From an uncultured Sangeribacter sp. (GTDB taxonomy: Bacteria > Bacteroidota > Bacteroidia > Bacteroidales > Muribaculaceae), in NCBI GenBank assembly GCA_964509225.1, contig CAZDWB010000006.1:4979-68978 (forward strand): DNA of 64,000 nt, read 5' to 3'. Positions 18,661-28,418 of the stretch are shown here, piece after piece (the stretch's first letter is position 1; each line of letters begins with the position of its first letter). The position numbers and the translations under genes were made by a program. The notes beneath the pieces were generated by a model. The model had not been told where the DNA came from, searched no databases, and was given only the letters and a program-made list of their open reading frames with translations.

Positions 18661-19572
18661 TTAAATGGCAGGCAGATATAGACCGGTTTTCTCATGAAGA
18701 CCGTTGAGCAGATTCATTACGTGTATGGCATCTCCAACTCCTCCACGCATTGTTGCATCTGCCACAATTTCCACACTTATCTTCCCTTCGGAAGGGGAAC
18801 TGACATAAAGGATACAGCGGTTAGTACCCTCAACTTCTCGTGTATCGACCGGATTATCCGTCAGGAATGTGAAATTATGATCGTCATAAATCCCCTCAAA
18901 GATATCCTTGATATCACCAACGGTCATTGATGTAGGAAAGGTCATTGTAATCCTCATTCCACGTGCAGATTCACCCTTTATAGCTGCATTCACACGAATC
19001 TCACCTTCAAAGCTTGTCTGGATGTTGCCCAGTACACGCTTTATCTGGCGCACTGAATCGTCAAGCTCCTGTGTTTCCACTGCGAATCCCGGAGAAGTTA
19101 CCGACATATCTATATAATCTGAAAGCAACAGGTGCAGTGCAAGCGGACCCAAAGCTACAAGAGCTGCAGAGGCTACCGGCAGGGGGATATATGCTCTTGT
19201 TGCCCCTCGCACTAAGGATTTACGATTAACTTCAGACAATCCAAATTCGTACAGACTTTTACCCTCAACATCCACCTCGCCTTGTTCTGCCGGATGACGC
19301 ATTGTCAAATCGATGACTTTAATATCCTCAGGCAACTCCGGAAGGGGGAGAGGGCTTAAAACAAACAGAACATTTATCTTCTCGAAGTCAATGTGATCGG
19401 TGAACATCAGATCAGTTTCACCTATCATTCCATAATGAACGGCTGAGATACGTTTTCCCCGCTCGTCCGGTGCCATAAGGCTGACAATATCAACTTCCGG
19501 ATGTGTCAGAAGCAAGCGGATGAGATGTCCACCTTGTGGCTCGTCTGCACCTATTATTCCAACTCTTAACAT
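18661..19572 (-). CDS. ArgC (N-acetyl-gamma-glutamyl-phosphate reductase) homolog with eroded catalytic motifs
   Basis: Overall ArgC layout (LIRLLLTHPEV, VIDL, FGLSEVNR, VEGTNRC, AIHVMNLL...GL) and position after argR. The PGC catalytic motif and GYTA are absent. Confidence 0.75.
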   Translation of the reverse strand: MLRVGIIGADEPQGGHLIRLLLTHPEVDIVSLMAPDERGKRISAVHYGMIGETDLMFTDHIDFEKINVLFVLSPLPLPELPEDIKVIDLTMRHPAEQGEVDVEGKSLYEFGLSEVNRKSLVRGATRAYIPLPVASAALVALGPLALHLLLSDYIDMSVTSPGFAVETQELDDSVRQIKRVLGNIQTSFEGEIRVNAAIKGESARGMRITMTFPTSMTVGDIKDIFEGIYDDHNFTFLTDNPVDTREVEGTNRCILYVSSPSEGKISVEIVADATMRGGVGDAIHVMNLLNGLHEKTGLYLPAI

Positions 19573-20090
19573 TACTTAAAATATATTTCGTTCACTCCAA
19601 GGAGATGCTTGAATAATTCACAAGCCTCTTTGCGTGTTACATCTTCACGCAAAACGGCAAACACAGTATTGGCACCGGGAATGGTACCCAAAATTTCAGA
19701 ACATTTACTAAAATCTATATCGTGAGCAAGTCCGGGAGCATACCCGTTTCGAGTCTTTATGACAACCATGTTTCGTGAAAAGGATATGGAGATGATACCG
19801 TTTCTCTGTGCCGGTGTCATTTTCTTTTCTACAGTCTGAAGACTACTTTCTTGAAGTTCATCACTATCCGGGAGGACAAACATGTAGGTGCCTCTCTCTG
19901 TCGGCGTCTTGGTAACACGCAACATTTTAAGATCGCGTGAAAGAGTTGCCTGGGTCACAAAATAACCTCTTTCGGCAAGTAACCGAAGCAATTCCTCCTG
20001 ACTTCCTATCGGTTGATTCTGAATAAGGTCGATAACCTCACTTATACGCCTTTTGCGGTTTTTCATTTCTAATTTTATATTGATTTCCAT
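19572..20090 (-). CDS. argR: Arginine repressor
   Basis: IGSQEELL and VTQATLSRDLK winged-helix motifs; C-terminal LGTIPGANTVF oligomerisation domain (D replaced in the GTIAGDDT motif). Confidence 0.9.
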   Translation of the reverse strand: MEINIKLEMKNRKRRISEVIDLIQNQPIGSQEELLRLLAERGYFVTQATLSRDLKMLRVTKTPTERGTYMFVLPDSDELQESSLQTVEKKMTPAQRNGIISISFSRNMVVIKTRNGYAPGLAHDIDFSKCSEILGTIPGANTVFAVLREDVTRKEACELFKHLLGVNEIYFK

Positions 20091-20126
20091 TCTCTTTAAA
20101 CTGATGCGATAAAGGTGAGAATGAAA

Positions 20127-20762
20127 TTAGAGATTATCAATAATTTTCTTAATTTCAGCAGCTTTTTCATAATCCTCCTGACTGACTGCTTCTTCCATTA
20201 GTGTAATCAGCTCTTCGCGCGACATGGAGGTGTAGTCGGGAACTAAAGGTGAATCCTCGCTATCTCCCGCAGAGTCCGGGACCAAAGATGAGGATTGGTC
20301 ATTAAGACGATTTCTACGGGTATTGAGAGATTCATTCGGATAAAAACCTGCTTCGTCGAGGACTCTTGCAGAAGTAAAAATTGGGGAACCGGTGCGAATT
20401 GCAACTGCAATGGCATCGGAAGAGCGTGAATCGAGTTTTAAACGGCTTCCGTCTTTACAAATTATGTGTAGATATGCCGCAAACACTCCTGAAGGGAGTC
20501 TTCTGATCACTACCTTTTCCAACATCCCCCCCATCTCTGAAATCAGAGAAACAATAAGGTCGTGGGTCAACGGGCGTGGAGAGACTACCTCCTGAAGTTT
20601 ACACTCGATTGCCTGAGCCTCGGGAAACCCTATGACTATGGGGATTCTGCGCTGACCTCCAACTTCTTCGAGAACCAATGCATAAACGCCTGATTCTATC
20701 TGATTATATGTTATGCCGATGAGACGCAAAAGACGTTCATCAGAATTAGAGTTGTAATTCAT
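20127..20762 (-). CDS. Bifunctional nuclease family (DUF151) protein with C-terminal UVR motif
   Basis: RRIPIVIGFPEAQAI, PRPLTHDL and DSRSSDAIAVAIR motifs; C-terminal EEAVSQEDYEKAAEIK. Confidence 0.88.
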   Translation of the reverse strand: MNYNSNSDERLLRLIGITYNQIESGVYALVLEEVGGQRRIPIVIGFPEAQAIECKLQEVVSPRPLTHDLIVSLISEMGGMLEKVVIRRLPSGVFAAYLHIICKDGSRLKLDSRSSDAIAVAIRTGSPIFTSARVLDEAGFYPNESLNTRRNRLNDQSSSLVPDSAGDSEDSPLVPDYTSMSREELITLMEEAVSQEDYEKAAEIKKIIDNL

Positions 20763-21910
20763 AATTCTTCAATCGTTTTTGATTGTGATTTATGTGAATA
20801 TGTTATCATACCGGAACCGAGACAGAAACGCCTGTCCTCCGAATATACTATAACAAATTGCCCGGGTGCAATTCCTTGAACATCTTTCGCTGCTTCCACA
20901 ATGAAACCTCCATCGGGGTTAGACCGCATTTTTGCTTCTATAAATTCCGGTGTATGTCGGTTCTTGAAAGAAATGGATATATATTCACCATGCTCATCCG
21001 TTTTTGCGGGAGCAAGAGATGCAAGTTCAATATTCAAATTTTCAAAATCAAATGGGTCGTAAGATATCCAGTTCATCTCTTCTACAGGGAGAAGACGACC
21101 ATATTGTTTTGATGTATTCGCGCCATTGGATACATATATCACATTGTCACGGACATTCTTTTTTACCACAAACCAGGGACCTCCGCTCAATCCAAGCCCT
21201 TTACGCTGACCTATGGTGTAAAACCATATTCCGTGATGTTCCCCGATTTTCTTACCGGTTTCAATTTCTATCACCGGTCCCTTCTTTTCACCAAGATGTC
21301 GCTTTATAAAATCATTATAATTTATCTTTCCGAGGAAACATATTCCTTGGGAGTCCTTACGGGTGGCGTTGGGTAACTCAGCCTCGATTGCCATACGGCG
21401 CACTTCTCCCTTTGGGTATTCCCCAAGAGGAAACATAAGATGATTAAGCTGAGTATAGGAAATCTGTGCCAGAAAATCGGTCTGATCCTTTACCGGATCT
21501 GCAGCAGTGGCAAGAAATAAACGTCCACCGAATTCCTTAACAGAGGCATAATGACCTGTTGCAGTTATGTCAAACTCCTTTCCTTTCCTTTCTTCAAAGA
21601 ATCCGAACTTGATAATCTTGTTACACATCATGTCCGGGTGGGGTGTCAATCCTTTCTTTACTGTGGCGAGGGTATAGGACATCACATAATCCCAATATTC
21701 CTGATGAAGGGAGATGATTTCGAGAGGTAGATTATACTTACGGGCTATCAATCTGCAAATATCTATATCCTCCTCTGCAGAACAATCCCCTTCACCATTA
21801 TCCATTCCGATACGGATGTAAAAAAGATGCACATCATGTCCCTCTTTTACGAGTTTATCAACAACGACCGCGCTGTCTACACCTCCGGATATCAATGCTG
21901 CAACTCTCAT
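20759..21910 (-). CDS. mnmA: tRNA 2-thiouridine(34) synthase
   Basis: SGGVDS PP-loop, PHPDMMCNKIIKFG, ATGHYA, KDQTDFL, DSQGICFLG, YTIGQRKGLGL and GIAPGQF motifs. Confidence 0.94.
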   Translation of the reverse strand: MRVAALISGGVDSAVVVDKLVKEGHDVHLFYIRIGMDNGEGDCSAEEDIDICRLIARKYNLPLEIISLHQEYWDYVMSYTLATVKKGLTPHPDMMCNKIIKFGFFEERKGKEFDITATGHYASVKEFGGRLFLATAADPVKDQTDFLAQISYTQLNHLMFPLGEYPKGEVRRMAIEAELPNATRKDSQGICFLGKINYNDFIKRHLGEKKGPVIEIETGKKIGEHHGIWFYTIGQRKGLGLSGGPWFVVKKNVRDNVIYVSNGANTSKQYGRLLPVEEMNWISYDPFDFENLNIELASLAPAKTDEHGEYISISFKNRHTPEFIEAKMRSNPDGGFIVEAAKDVQGIAPGQFVIVYSEDRRFCLGSGMITYSHKSQSKTIEEL

Positions 21911-22401
21911 ACCTCTTCAAGTTCATCTTCGTTCTTATCCGCTGAATGAAGCAGATAGAGTGAAAGAAAATAATCTACTGAAATTTTTCCCGGTCCGACA
22001 AGCAGAATAAAGAAATATATTCCCAAAAAAAGAATGGGTATATAAACCGGTGAACTCCATGCGAATGTTTCCGGGATAATTGTGTTTGACAATAGATTGT
22101 ATTCAGCCATCATCATCGATATGAAAAGCGGGAGCACCATCAGTCGCGTCAGAAAACCACACATCACAAAAAGGGAACACCCGAGTTCTATACATATCAT
22201 CAATGTTAAGGAGCCTGTAGAGGACAATCCCAAAACTGAAGGATAAAGGGGGGCAACCATATCGAAATTAATAATCTGTCGAACCCCGAACTGCATCATC
22301 ATCACTCCTACAAACAACCGGATAAACAATCTACCGAGATTTGTGTATGAATACCCCGTTATTTTGAAATATAATTGTTTGAAAATTTCTATCAGACTCA
22401 T
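21907..22401 (-). CDS. DoxX family membrane protein
   Basis: RLFIRLFVG, IELGCSLFVMCGFLTRL and GPGKISVD motifs; four hydrophobic segments. Confidence 0.82.
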   Translation of the reverse strand: MSLIEIFKQLYFKITGYSYTNLGRLFIRLFVGVMMMQFGVRQIINFDMVAPLYPSVLGLSSTGSLTLMICIELGCSLFVMCGFLTRLMVLPLFISMMMAEYNLLSNTIIPETFAWSSPVYIPILFLGIYFFILLVGPGKISVDYFLSLYLLHSADKNEDELEEV

Positions 22402-22408
22402 GTTGATG

Positions 22409-23389
22409 TTATTTCCTTTCTTGGTTTAAAAAATTAAGCATTGAGTTAACATCCAGATTCTTGGCAAGAATCTTTCCTTCCGCGTCAAGAATATAGAATG
22501 ATGGTGTTGACCGTAGGTCAAAAATTTCGACCGCTGTATCGTTACCTCCTACTTTCCATCCGGCAGGATAATTCTTGGTCATCCCCATTAACATTCCGTC
22601 AGGATCTTCTTCTATAATTACAAAGGTCATTGAAACACTCCCGTCTTCAAGTTTGTCAAGAAATGGAAGATTTACATCCATCAGAATTCTTGCCCGTCGG
22701 CAATCATCGCAATCAGGTGAGCCGAACTCTATAACATTTAGAGGAGCCGTAGGTTTCCATTCCTCAATTTTCCCCTCTGAGTCATTGAGTTGCAGAGGTG
22801 CCATTGTCTCTCCCGAACGGGTGTTGGTCAGGCGAAGAAGCTGGTCGGCAAATCTCGCCTTCCTTCCTTGGGATATCTTTTTATTTTTAACTGTTTCTTC
22901 AAGAAACTTCATGTAGACCTCATCTATCCACACGCCTGCGCGTGGACCATACAGATTATCTTCGGCTGCTTTGGTGAATTGATAAAGCAGGGTCGGATTC
23001 TTTGACAGTGACTTCAGTAATTTATTTACTGATATGACCACTTTGCTTCGGTCTGCATAAGGGATTGCGGAAGCATATACTCCGAAGGCATCATTCAGTG
23101 CATTCTGGTCAACTGCCTGCTTTGTCTTAAAATTCATTTTATCCCAAAAATGTTCCATCAGGTAATTTGTTCGCTCTGTGAGATCTTCAAGTTCTTCCGG
23201 AGCTACTGGATACTCAAAGAGGGGTGCGATTATTATCTGTGCCGAATCTGATTTTTTTTCTGACAGAGAATCGTTATTTGAAACTTTTCCTCCATATATT
23301 TTTACTGTCATTACCAGACAACAGAACAAAAATATTGTAATTCTCAATCCTTGAGACAGATATCTTTTTATCTTTCTTCTTTCATCCAT
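22409..23389 (-). CDS. DUF5106-like exported protein with C-terminal thioredoxin-like domain
   Basis: N-terminal hydrophobic segment, YLMEHFWD and LYGPRAGVWIDEVY, then FGSPDCDDC (CxxC) and DLRSTPSFYILD. Start at MDERRK (23389) preferred. Confidence 0.7.
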   Translation of the reverse strand: MDERRKIKRYLSQGLRITIFLFCCLVMTVKIYGGKVSNNDSLSEKKSDSAQIIIAPLFEYPVAPEELEDLTERTNYLMEHFWDKMNFKTKQAVDQNALNDAFGVYASAIPYADRSKVVISVNKLLKSLSKNPTLLYQFTKAAEDNLYGPRAGVWIDEVYMKFLEETVKNKKISQGRKARFADQLLRLTNTRSGETMAPLQLNDSEGKIEEWKPTAPLNVIEFGSPDCDDCRRARILMDVNLPFLDKLEDGSVSMTFVIIEEDPDGMLMGMTKNYPAGWKVGGNDTAVEIFDLRSTPSFYILDAEGKILAKNLDVNSMLNFLNQERK

Positions 23390-23421
23390 AGGAATAAAAT
23401 TCTTCTTTAAGTGAAGGATTA

Positions 23422-24108
23422 TCAATCTAAGTAAGGTTCAATAATCTTCATCCATACTTTATATCCGTTTCCATTCAGGTGCAATCCATCACCCGTAAGT
23501 TTCCGGTCAAGATTCCCTTTATAATCCTTCATGGCATCAGTCAAATCTATATAAACCGCCCCATTCTCCTCAGCAATCTTTTTTAACTGCTGGTTGAGCT
23601 GGGGAATCATACCCTCTCTTCCTTTAAGAGCCTTGTAGCGGTTAAAAGAGTTATTAACAGGCATTACTGACTGAATATAAAGTTTGGTATCAGGTGATTG
23701 GCGCCGGATATCAGCTACCAAAGCAGCATAACGTTCGGTGAGAGTCTTTAAGGAATGTCCGTGAGAAATATCGTTGATACCTATGAGAAGAAATATCTTC
23801 CGGGGGTGCCAGCGTGTCACCTGGTCGAGACGTTCCCTCACTCCGTCAATGACATCACTGCTGATTCCTCTGTTTTTAACATCACTACGATTAAGGAGTT
23901 CATGAAATTCACCACCATCTGTGATAGAATTCCCAAGGAAGACGATATCATCATTGTCTATAGGGAGAACCTCAAAAAGAGATGTACGCTGATTCCAATA
24001 ATCATAACGGGCCTGACAAATGTCAGTAGATAGGGACAGAGCGCAAACAGCAGAAATTAAACCTATTGCCATTGAGCCCCTGAAATTCAACTTTTTATAC
24101 AGTTTCAT
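23422..24108 (-). CDS. SGNH/GDSL-family hydrolase (exported)
   Basis: FLGNSIT, NRGISSD, LIGINDI and DGLHLN blocks; signal-peptide-like N-terminus. Confidence 0.88.
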   Translation of the reverse strand: MKLYKKLNFRGSMAIGLISAVCALSLSTDICQARYDYWNQRTSLFEVLPIDNDDIVFLGNSITDGGEFHELLNRSDVKNRGISSDVIDGVRERLDQVTRWHPRKIFLLIGINDISHGHSLKTLTERYAALVADIRRQSPDTKLYIQSVMPVNNSFNRYKALKGREGMIPQLNQQLKKIAEENGAVYIDLTDAMKDYKGNLDRKLTGDGLHLNGNGYKVWMKIIEPYLD

Positions 24109-24955
24109 AATTATGATAGGCTACCAATCCTTCCATGGGAGTTTTAACAACTTTATCGACACTATAACCCAGGTCGTTAGCGGCTTCCCTTAATATGTCT
24201 TCAAAGATAACTGCTATAGACCCGATAAAGCCCATTGGCAATGAGTGTGCGCCGGGATACATCGCGACATTTCTCTTGATGAAGGAAGTGAGTTCCTGAC
24301 GGACAAGAGAATAAATATAAGGATTCCAGATATTCTTTTTAATGAAGGGCACCAGTGAAGCCAAAAATTTGTTAGGGGCACTGGTGCGATATACCTTGTC
24401 GAGGATATCAGCAAGAGTCATGTTATATTCTTCCATAAACGCTTCGCGCACTATGCGTGGCAGATGTCCCTTAAAGGCGTCACTTACCAGTCTTTTCCCA
24501 AGAGCTGCGCCACTCCCTTCATCTCCCAGAATATACCCTAAAGATGGAACATTGACTTCAATATTCTCACCATCGTAGAGACAGGAATTACTACCGGTGC
24601 CAAGAATACAGGCGATTCCCCGTTTATTCCCAAATAAAGCGTGAGCCGCTCCGAGAAGGTCGGAATAAACTTTTACATTGTTGGAATCCCAGGCCTTGGA
24701 TATTATTTCAGTCATGCGCGTGTTTACACGGTCGGTTGCGCAGCCGGCACCATAATAATGAATTTCAGAATATTCGATTTCGGAGTCAAAGTTTTTACGA
24801 ACTTCTGCCATAAGATCAGCTATGTCCTCTGCCTCTGACAAGAGTGCATTAATCCCTTCCGAAGTATATTTACCTATAATTTTTCCATTTTCAGCGAGCA
24901 ATATCCAATCCACTTTCGTAGAACCGGCATCTGCTATTAATTTTGCTTTAATCAT
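24095..24955 (-). CDS. BadF/BadG/BcrA/BcrD-type ATPase (N-acetylglucosamine kinase-like)
   Basis: IADAGSTKVDW, FYYGAGC-like IHYYGAGC, ACILGTGSNS and GYILGDEGSGA motifs. Confidence 0.82.
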   Translation of the reverse strand: MIKAKLIADAGSTKVDWILLAENGKIIGKYTSEGINALLSEAEDIADLMAEVRKNFDSEIEYSEIHYYGAGCATDRVNTRMTEIISKAWDSNNVKVYSDLLGAAHALFGNKRGIACILGTGSNSCLYDGENIEVNVPSLGYILGDEGSGAALGKRLVSDAFKGHLPRIVREAFMEEYNMTLADILDKVYRTSAPNKFLASLVPFIKKNIWNPYIYSLVRQELTSFIKRNVAMYPGAHSLPMGFIGSIAVIFEDILREAANDLGYSVDKVVKTPMEGLVAYHNYETV

Positions 24956-25010
24956 TTTAGGATATTCTTTGTGAATTCATCCAACCATCCCTAACATGGT
25001 TATTATCTTA

Positions 25011-25018
25011 CAAAATTA
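25011..25018 (-). promoter_or_regulatory. Bacteroidetes -7 promoter element for the minus-strand housekeeping run
   Basis: The reverse complement reads TAATTTTG, ~55 nt upstream of the 24955 start. No well-spaced -33 element was seen. Confidence 0.45.
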
Positions 25019-25163
25019 GTAATAATTATCCAATTATTATTTAATTCACCTTAAAAAATACGTAAGAAAATCTAACTGTACCTGAAGCTCTCTGAACAGA
25101 TTAATAAAAAGCGGGAGGACAGAAAGATTTTCCCAAACTAAAAAGTACTTAAAGAGAGTGCAT

Positions 25164-25195
25164 GTTGTGTAGTTCGTAATTTTTATATACTTTTG
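25164..25195 (+). promoter_or_regulatory. Bacteroidetes promoter for the pyr operon
   Basis: GTTG at 25164-25167, 20-nt spacer, TACTTTTG at 25188-25195. Confidence 0.6.
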
Positions 25196-25213
25196 CACAA
25201 ATTGAATCCTACA

Positions 25214-25393
25214 ATGAATCTTCGACCGACACTTTTTTCAAAAATAAACGTGTCTTTTTCTCATGATTTGAGGAAAAACGGAGATTTTTCCCCTTTCTCC
25301 ACCGTATATTTTCATAGTTTATTTACAAAACAGGCAGCTCCGGCGAGTTGCCTGTTTTCATATTACTTAAATAATCATGAATTATTTGATTAA
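25214..25393 (+). CDS. Putative pyr leader peptide (59 aa)
   Basis: ATG shortly after the predicted TSS. The ORF runs through U/C tracts and the terminator hairpin and overlaps the pyrC start. Confidence 0.45.
   Translation: MNLRPTLFSKINVSFSHDLRKNGDFSPFSTVYFHSLFTKQAAPASCLFSYYLNNHELFD
25327..25362 (+). terminator. Terminator/attenuator hairpin upstream of pyrC
   Basis: AAAACAGGCAGCTC-cggc-GAGTTGCCTGTTTT: 14-bp stem with one G-U pair, ending in TTTTCATATT. Confidence 0.7.
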
Positions 25394-26729
25394 AAACGTT
25401 GTTATACGTAATTTGCCATTGAATGGAATTCCGAGATATGATGTCTTTATCTCTGATGGCAAAATTGTATCTATCACCAACGTAATCAATAATAAAGTTA
25501 ATCATGACACTCTAAATAATACCGTCATTATTGATGGAACTGGACTCTCACTTTTACCGGGGTTAGTAGATATGCATGTTCATTTCCGTCAACCCGGTTT
25601 TGAAGCAAAAGAAACAATTGCCACCGGAAGCAAAGCAGCGGCACACGGTGGATTTACAACCGTCTGCACAATGCCGAATCTCAACCCGGCTCCGGATTCA
25701 CCTGAAAATCTGGAAATTCAATCTGAAATAATCCGGAAAGAGAGTGTGATTAAAATCCTTCCTTACGCAACCATTACCCTCCAGCGGAAAGGTAAGAAAT
25801 GTGTGGAATTTTCAACCTTTTCAAAAGGGAGCATTGCAGGTTTTTCCGATGATGGGAGCGGCATTCAAAGCGAAGACGTGATGAAGGAAGCTCTCAGCAG
25901 GTGTGCGGAAAATAATTTTCTCCTTGCAGCCCATTGTGAAGTCAACGACCTTCTTAAAGGAGGATATATCCATGATGGTATCTATGCTGAAAAGCACCAA
26001 CATCGCGGTATATGCTCAGAAAGTGAATGGAGAGAAATAGAGCGCAATATCCGTCTGGCTGAAGAAACCGGAGCTCGATTACATATATGCCATATTTCTA
26101 CTGCTGAAAGTGTGGAACTCATTAGAGATGCAAAAAAGCGTGGAGTTAAGATAACATGTGAGACTGCGCCCCACTATCTGGTGTTTTGTGATGAAGATTT
26201 AAAAGAGGAAGGAAAATTTAAGATGAATCCCCCGATAAGATCCTTCAAAGATAAAGAAGCTTTGATAAAAGGGATTCAGGATGGTACAATTGATGTAATT
26301 GCCACAGATCACGCCCCCCACACAAAGGATGAGAAATCACGCGGACTTGAAAAAAGCGCAATGGGTGTTGCGGGGATTGAAGCTTCCCTCCCGGTGATTT
26401 ATACACATCTTGTAAAACCGGGAATCATTTCTTTCGGCAGGATGCTGGAATTGATGGCTGATAAAGGTCGGGAAATTCTGGGTATTGAAAACGATCTCAT
26501 CGGTGAACTTCACGAAGGCATCGATGCTTCTTTAACTCTCGTTGATTTCAATAAGGATTTTTCCATCCAACCGGAGGAATGGCTGAGCTTGGGGAAAAGC
26601 ACTCCCTTTGAGGGGATGAGGATGCAGGGTAAAGTATTGGCTACCTTCTATAAAGGCACTCCGGTATTTTATGAAATTCCGGAAACTATATTATCTTCAA
26701 AACAGGGGAATCATAAATCATGGAAATGA
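25377..26729 (+). CDS. pyrC: Dihydroorotase (type I, Firmicutes-like)
   Basis: PGLVDMHVHFRQPG, TMPNLNP, HICHIST, KMNPPIR and IATDHAPH motifs. Confidence 0.94.
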   Translation: MNYLIKNVVIRNLPLNGIPRYDVFISDGKIVSITNVINNKVNHDTLNNTVIIDGTGLSLLPGLVDMHVHFRQPGFEAKETIATGSKAAAHGGFTTVCTMPNLNPAPDSPENLEIQSEIIRKESVIKILPYATITLQRKGKKCVEFSTFSKGSIAGFSDDGSGIQSEDVMKEALSRCAENNFLLAAHCEVNDLLKGGYIHDGIYAEKHQHRGICSESEWREIERNIRLAEETGARLHICHISTAESVELIRDAKKRGVKITCETAPHYLVFCDEDLKEEGKFKMNPPIRSFKDKEALIKGIQDGTIDVIATDHAPHTKDEKSRGLEKSAMGVAGIEASLPVIYTHLVKPGIISFGRMLELMADKGREILGIENDLIGELHEGIDASLTLVDFNKDFSIQPEEWLSLGKSTPFEGMRMQGKVLATFYKGTPVFYEIPETILSSKQGNHKSWK

Positions 26730-27490
26730 ATCGAGATATATTATTGAAAATAAAGGAAAATACAAGGATAGCTCCCAAAACGATGAAAATGGTTTTGGAG
26801 GGAGATACTTGTCTTATCACCAATCCCGGACAATTTGTAAATTTACAACTGAAAGGAAAATATCTGCGACGCCCGATTTCGGTGGGAGAATTTGAAAGTG
26901 CCGAAAAAGGGATGCTCACACTCTTCTATGACATAGTAGGGGAGGGAACAGCTCAAATGGCAGAAATGAAAGAGGGGGAACAAATTCAAACCCTTATGGG
27001 GTTGGGAAATGGTTTTGATCTTGATGTTGAGAGCCGGTTCCCGGCTCTTATGGGTGGCGGAATTGGAGTAGCCCCACTTCTTGGATTGGGAAAAGAGTTG
27101 ATAGCACATGGGAAGAAACCTATAGCCTTTATTGGATTTAATACAAAGGAAGATGTGGTATTGGAAAGGGAACTGATTGAGGCCGGAATAGAAACAGTTG
27201 TGTGTACCGTGGACGGAAGTTATGGGTTCAAGGGGTTCGTTACGGACGGATTTAAAAATTTTGAGATTTCCAACCCGGACAAAATTGATTATTTTTATGC
27301 ATGTGGTCCAATGCCTATGCTCAAGGCTCTCTCTTTGGGTATGAAAATACCGGGAGAATTGAGCCTGGACGAAAGAATGGCATGTGGATTCGGGGTCTGC
27401 ATGTGTTGCAGCGTGATGACAAACGATGGTGCCAAAAGAATATGTAAAGATGGTCCTGTATTTAAAAAAGAGGAACTGACATGGAAATAA
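26720..27490 (+). CDS. pyrK: Dihydroorotate dehydrogenase electron transfer subunit
   Basis: LRRPIS, GGGIGVAP and ERMACGFGVCMCC 2Fe-2S motifs. Start 26720 or 26726 (ATGA overlap). Confidence 0.93.
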   Translation: MEMNRDILLKIKENTRIAPKTMKMVLEGDTCLITNPGQFVNLQLKGKYLRRPISVGEFESAEKGMLTLFYDIVGEGTAQMAEMKEGEQIQTLMGLGNGFDLDVESRFPALMGGGIGVAPLLGLGKELIAHGKKPIAFIGFNTKEDVVLERELIEAGIETVVCTVDGSYGFKGFVTDGFKNFEISNPDKIDYFYACGPMPMLKALSLGMKIPGELSLDERMACGFGVCMCCSVMTNDGAKRICKDGPVFKKEELTWK

Positions 27491-28404
27491 AAGAAAGCGG
27501 AAGAGTAGACCTTTCTGTAAAATTAGGAGATTTATTACTCACCAATCCTGTTATACCGGCAAGTGGTTGTTTCGGTTTCGGATATGGGATGAGTGATTAT
27601 TATGATGTAAATATTTTAGGCTCCATTTCACTTAAAGGTACAACACTACAGCCGAGATTCGGTAATCCCTTGCCACGTGTCGCAGAATGTGAGGGGGGAC
27701 TTATTAATTCCGTTGGGCTCCAAAACCCGGGAATCCACAAAGTAATCGAAGAAGAACTCCCGAAGGCAGCTATGGCTTTTAAGAAACCATTGATTGCCAA
27801 TATAAGTGGTTTCTCAATTGACGAATATCGTGAATGTTGCAGATTAATTGACACGCAGGAGTGTATCGGATTGATAGAATTGAATGTAAGCTGTCCGAAT
27901 GTTCATGGCGGAGGAATGAGTTTCGGAACTTCCATCGAAGATGTCACAAAAGTGGTAAAAGCTGTCAAAGGAGTTACTTCCAAACCATTATATGTTAAAT
28001 TAACACCGAATGTTACAGATATAGTAAGTATAGGGAAAGCTGCTGAAGATGCCGGAGCAGATGGATTGGTTGCTATCAATACCATGCTTGGAATGAGAAT
28101 TGATTTAAAATCCAGACGTCCCGTAATTGCCAATATAATGGGAGGTTTCTCAGGTCCTGCAATTTTCCCGGTGGCATTGAGAATCGTATATCAACTTGCC
28201 CATGCATGTAATATTCCGGTGATAGGATGCGGAGGAATCTCCACCGCCAAAGATGTACTTGAAATGATGATGGCTGGAGCATGTGCGATAGAAGTAGGAG
28301 CAGCCAATCTTCGGGATCCCTACGCTTGTAAGAAGATTATCGAGTCTCTTCCCGAAGAAATGGAGAAATTGGGTATCAACTCTCTTAGAAATCTTAAAAT
28401 ATAA
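27481..28404 (+). CDS. pyrD: Dihydroorotate dehydrogenase class 1B catalytic subunit
   Basis: NPVIPASG, INSVGLQNPG, ELNVSCPN, KLTPNV and GGFSGPAI motifs. Confidence 0.95.
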   Translation: MEIKESGRVDLSVKLGDLLLTNPVIPASGCFGFGYGMSDYYDVNILGSISLKGTTLQPRFGNPLPRVAECEGGLINSVGLQNPGIHKVIEEELPKAAMAFKKPLIANISGFSIDEYRECCRLIDTQECIGLIELNVSCPNVHGGGMSFGTSIEDVTKVVKAVKGVTSKPLYVKLTPNVTDIVSIGKAAEDAGADGLVAINTMLGMRIDLKSRRPVIANIMGGFSGPAIFPVALRIVYQLAHACNIPVIGCGGISTAKDVLEMMMAGACAIEVGAANLRDPYACKKIIESLPEEMEKLGINSLRNLKI

Positions 28405-28418
28405 CAATCTGTTAAATT

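Noticed and set aside
25196-25376. PyrR-binding attenuator
   Set aside because: No AGUCCNGNGAGGCU-like loop is visible and there is no pyrR gene in the operon.
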